Source of the DNA: a virus | Lineage: Duplodnaviria; Heunggongvirae; Uroviricota; Caudoviricetes | Length of the DNA: 16,466 nt | IMG/VR virus record: IMGVR_UViG_3300032038_000024 | Location: 101,689 to 118,154 of that record | Reading direction: 5' to 3' (one strand) | Part shown: positions 15,945-16,466 of the stretch, one piece after another | Numbering within the stretch: position 1 is the first letter of the stretch | Layout of the letters: every line of letters begins with the position of its first letter | The notes under the pieces: model-generated | Databases searched by the model: none | What the model was told of the DNA's origin: nothing | The model's input: the letters and a program-made list of their open reading frames with translations, nothing else | Program-made: the position numbers and the translations under genes

Positions 15945-16124
15945 TTAGACTTTTGTTACTGTTATTTTACGTTTTAATAAAGCTTGACAATTATCTAAGC
16001 TAAATATTATAACTTCCCATCCTTCTTGACCTAATTGATTAAATTTGTCCAATATTGCTTTTAATGTATATCCTGATAAATTAGGCCACATATATTCATA
16101 TTTATCGTATGATTCTAGCATCAT
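15945..16124 (-). CDS. Small DUF4177-like protein (59 aa), not in the ORF track
   Basis: MMLESYDKYEYMWPNLSGYTLKAILDKFNQLGQEGWEVIIFSLDNCQALLKRKITVTKV; 'K.EY...L..FN.LGQEGWEV...LKR' matches the DUF4177 pattern. Confidence 0.65.
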   Translation of the reverse strand: MMLESYDKYEYMWPNLSGYTLKAILDKFNQLGQEGWEVIIFSLDNCQALLKRKITVTKV

Positions 16125-16172
16125 AATTTCACTAATTTTGTATGATAATATAATTTACAATTTTTAACATTT

Positions 16173-16203
16173 GATGATGACTAGCATTCCTCTAGCCATC
16201 ATC
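16173..16203. other. Intergenic 12-bp hairpin
   Basis: - strand GATGATGGCTAG-AGGAATG-CTAGTCATCATC (one G-U pair), 9 nt after the stop of 16213..16443; no U-tract follows on that strand. Confidence 0.55.
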
Positions 16204-16212
16204 TGGATGTTT

Positions 16213-16443
16213 TTATTGTCCTAATTGGAACTCCAAAAATTCACAATCATTTGTCCAAGTAATATTTGCCTTTTCAAACATTGCTGAAACTTGTGCATAT
16301 AAAACTGAATTGACAAACGGTAATTTAGACACCCAAATGCCACGTTCCTCATCTCTTACAGGTTGTTCACCATGCATTGACAACTTACCGTTCTTATTAA
16401 CACCGGCCCAAACTTTAATTGACTTCTTTTTAAAAAAACTCAT
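16213..16443 (-). CDS. Hypothetical protein
   Basis: 76-aa ORF with an ATG in AT-rich context and a TAA stop. Confidence 0.7.
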   Translation of the reverse strand: MSFFKKKSIKVWAGVNKNGKLSMHGEQPVRDEERGIWVSKLPFVNSVLYAQVSAMFEKANITWTNDCEFLEFQLGQ

Positions 16444-16466
16444 AACTATACTAAATTTTGTTACAA

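Noticed and set aside
1-16466. TAG-to-Gln recoding (genetic code 15), as in some Lak and crAss-like phages
   Set aside because: None of the called genes ends in TAG, but all long ORFs, including the 1211-aa helicase and the Gln-rich neck fragment, are intact under the standard code with no in-frame TAG, and no gaps are closed by readthrough. TAG is rare at this GC anyway, so this window gives no evidence either way.
1-16466. CRISPR array, IS element or integrase
   Set aside because: No regularly spaced direct repeats, terminal inverted repeats, or transposase/recombinase motifs were seen.

Overview
Very AT-rich, gene-dense DNA that reads as part of a large tailed (jumbo-type) phage genome. 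A Bacteroidota host is likely and a Lak-like lineage is possible; both are inferences from composition, TAnnTTTG-containing promoter motifs and gene content. From left to right the window holds: the 5' part of a probable T4 gp13-like neck gene (- strand); a 1211-aa fusion of a VirE_N/AEP-like primase domain and an SF2 DExH helicase; two tandem paralogous coiled-coil hypotheticals and further hypotheticals; and an extremely AT-rich five-gene glycan operon on the + strand (PIG-L de-N-acetylase, GT2/GT92-like transferase, NDP-sugar epimerase, DUF4422/GT111-like transferase, another GT-A-like protein). A long - strand accessory block follows, with an Rnl2-type RNA ligase, a DUF2829/Tad2-like protein, a DUF5672 GT-like protein, a stand-alone terminase-N-like mini-ORF, two tandem HAD_SAK-type phosphatases and small hypotheticals. 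Best leads: (1) the soluble phage glycosylation operon; (2) an RNA-repair/anti-defence neighbourhood that includes a degenerate 5' half of tRNA-Lys(UUU), ending at the anticodon and lying antisense directly upstream of the RNA ligase gene; (3) a 39-nt promoter motif conserved at exact spacing in two places. All family assignments come from motif recognition by eye; no database search was run.
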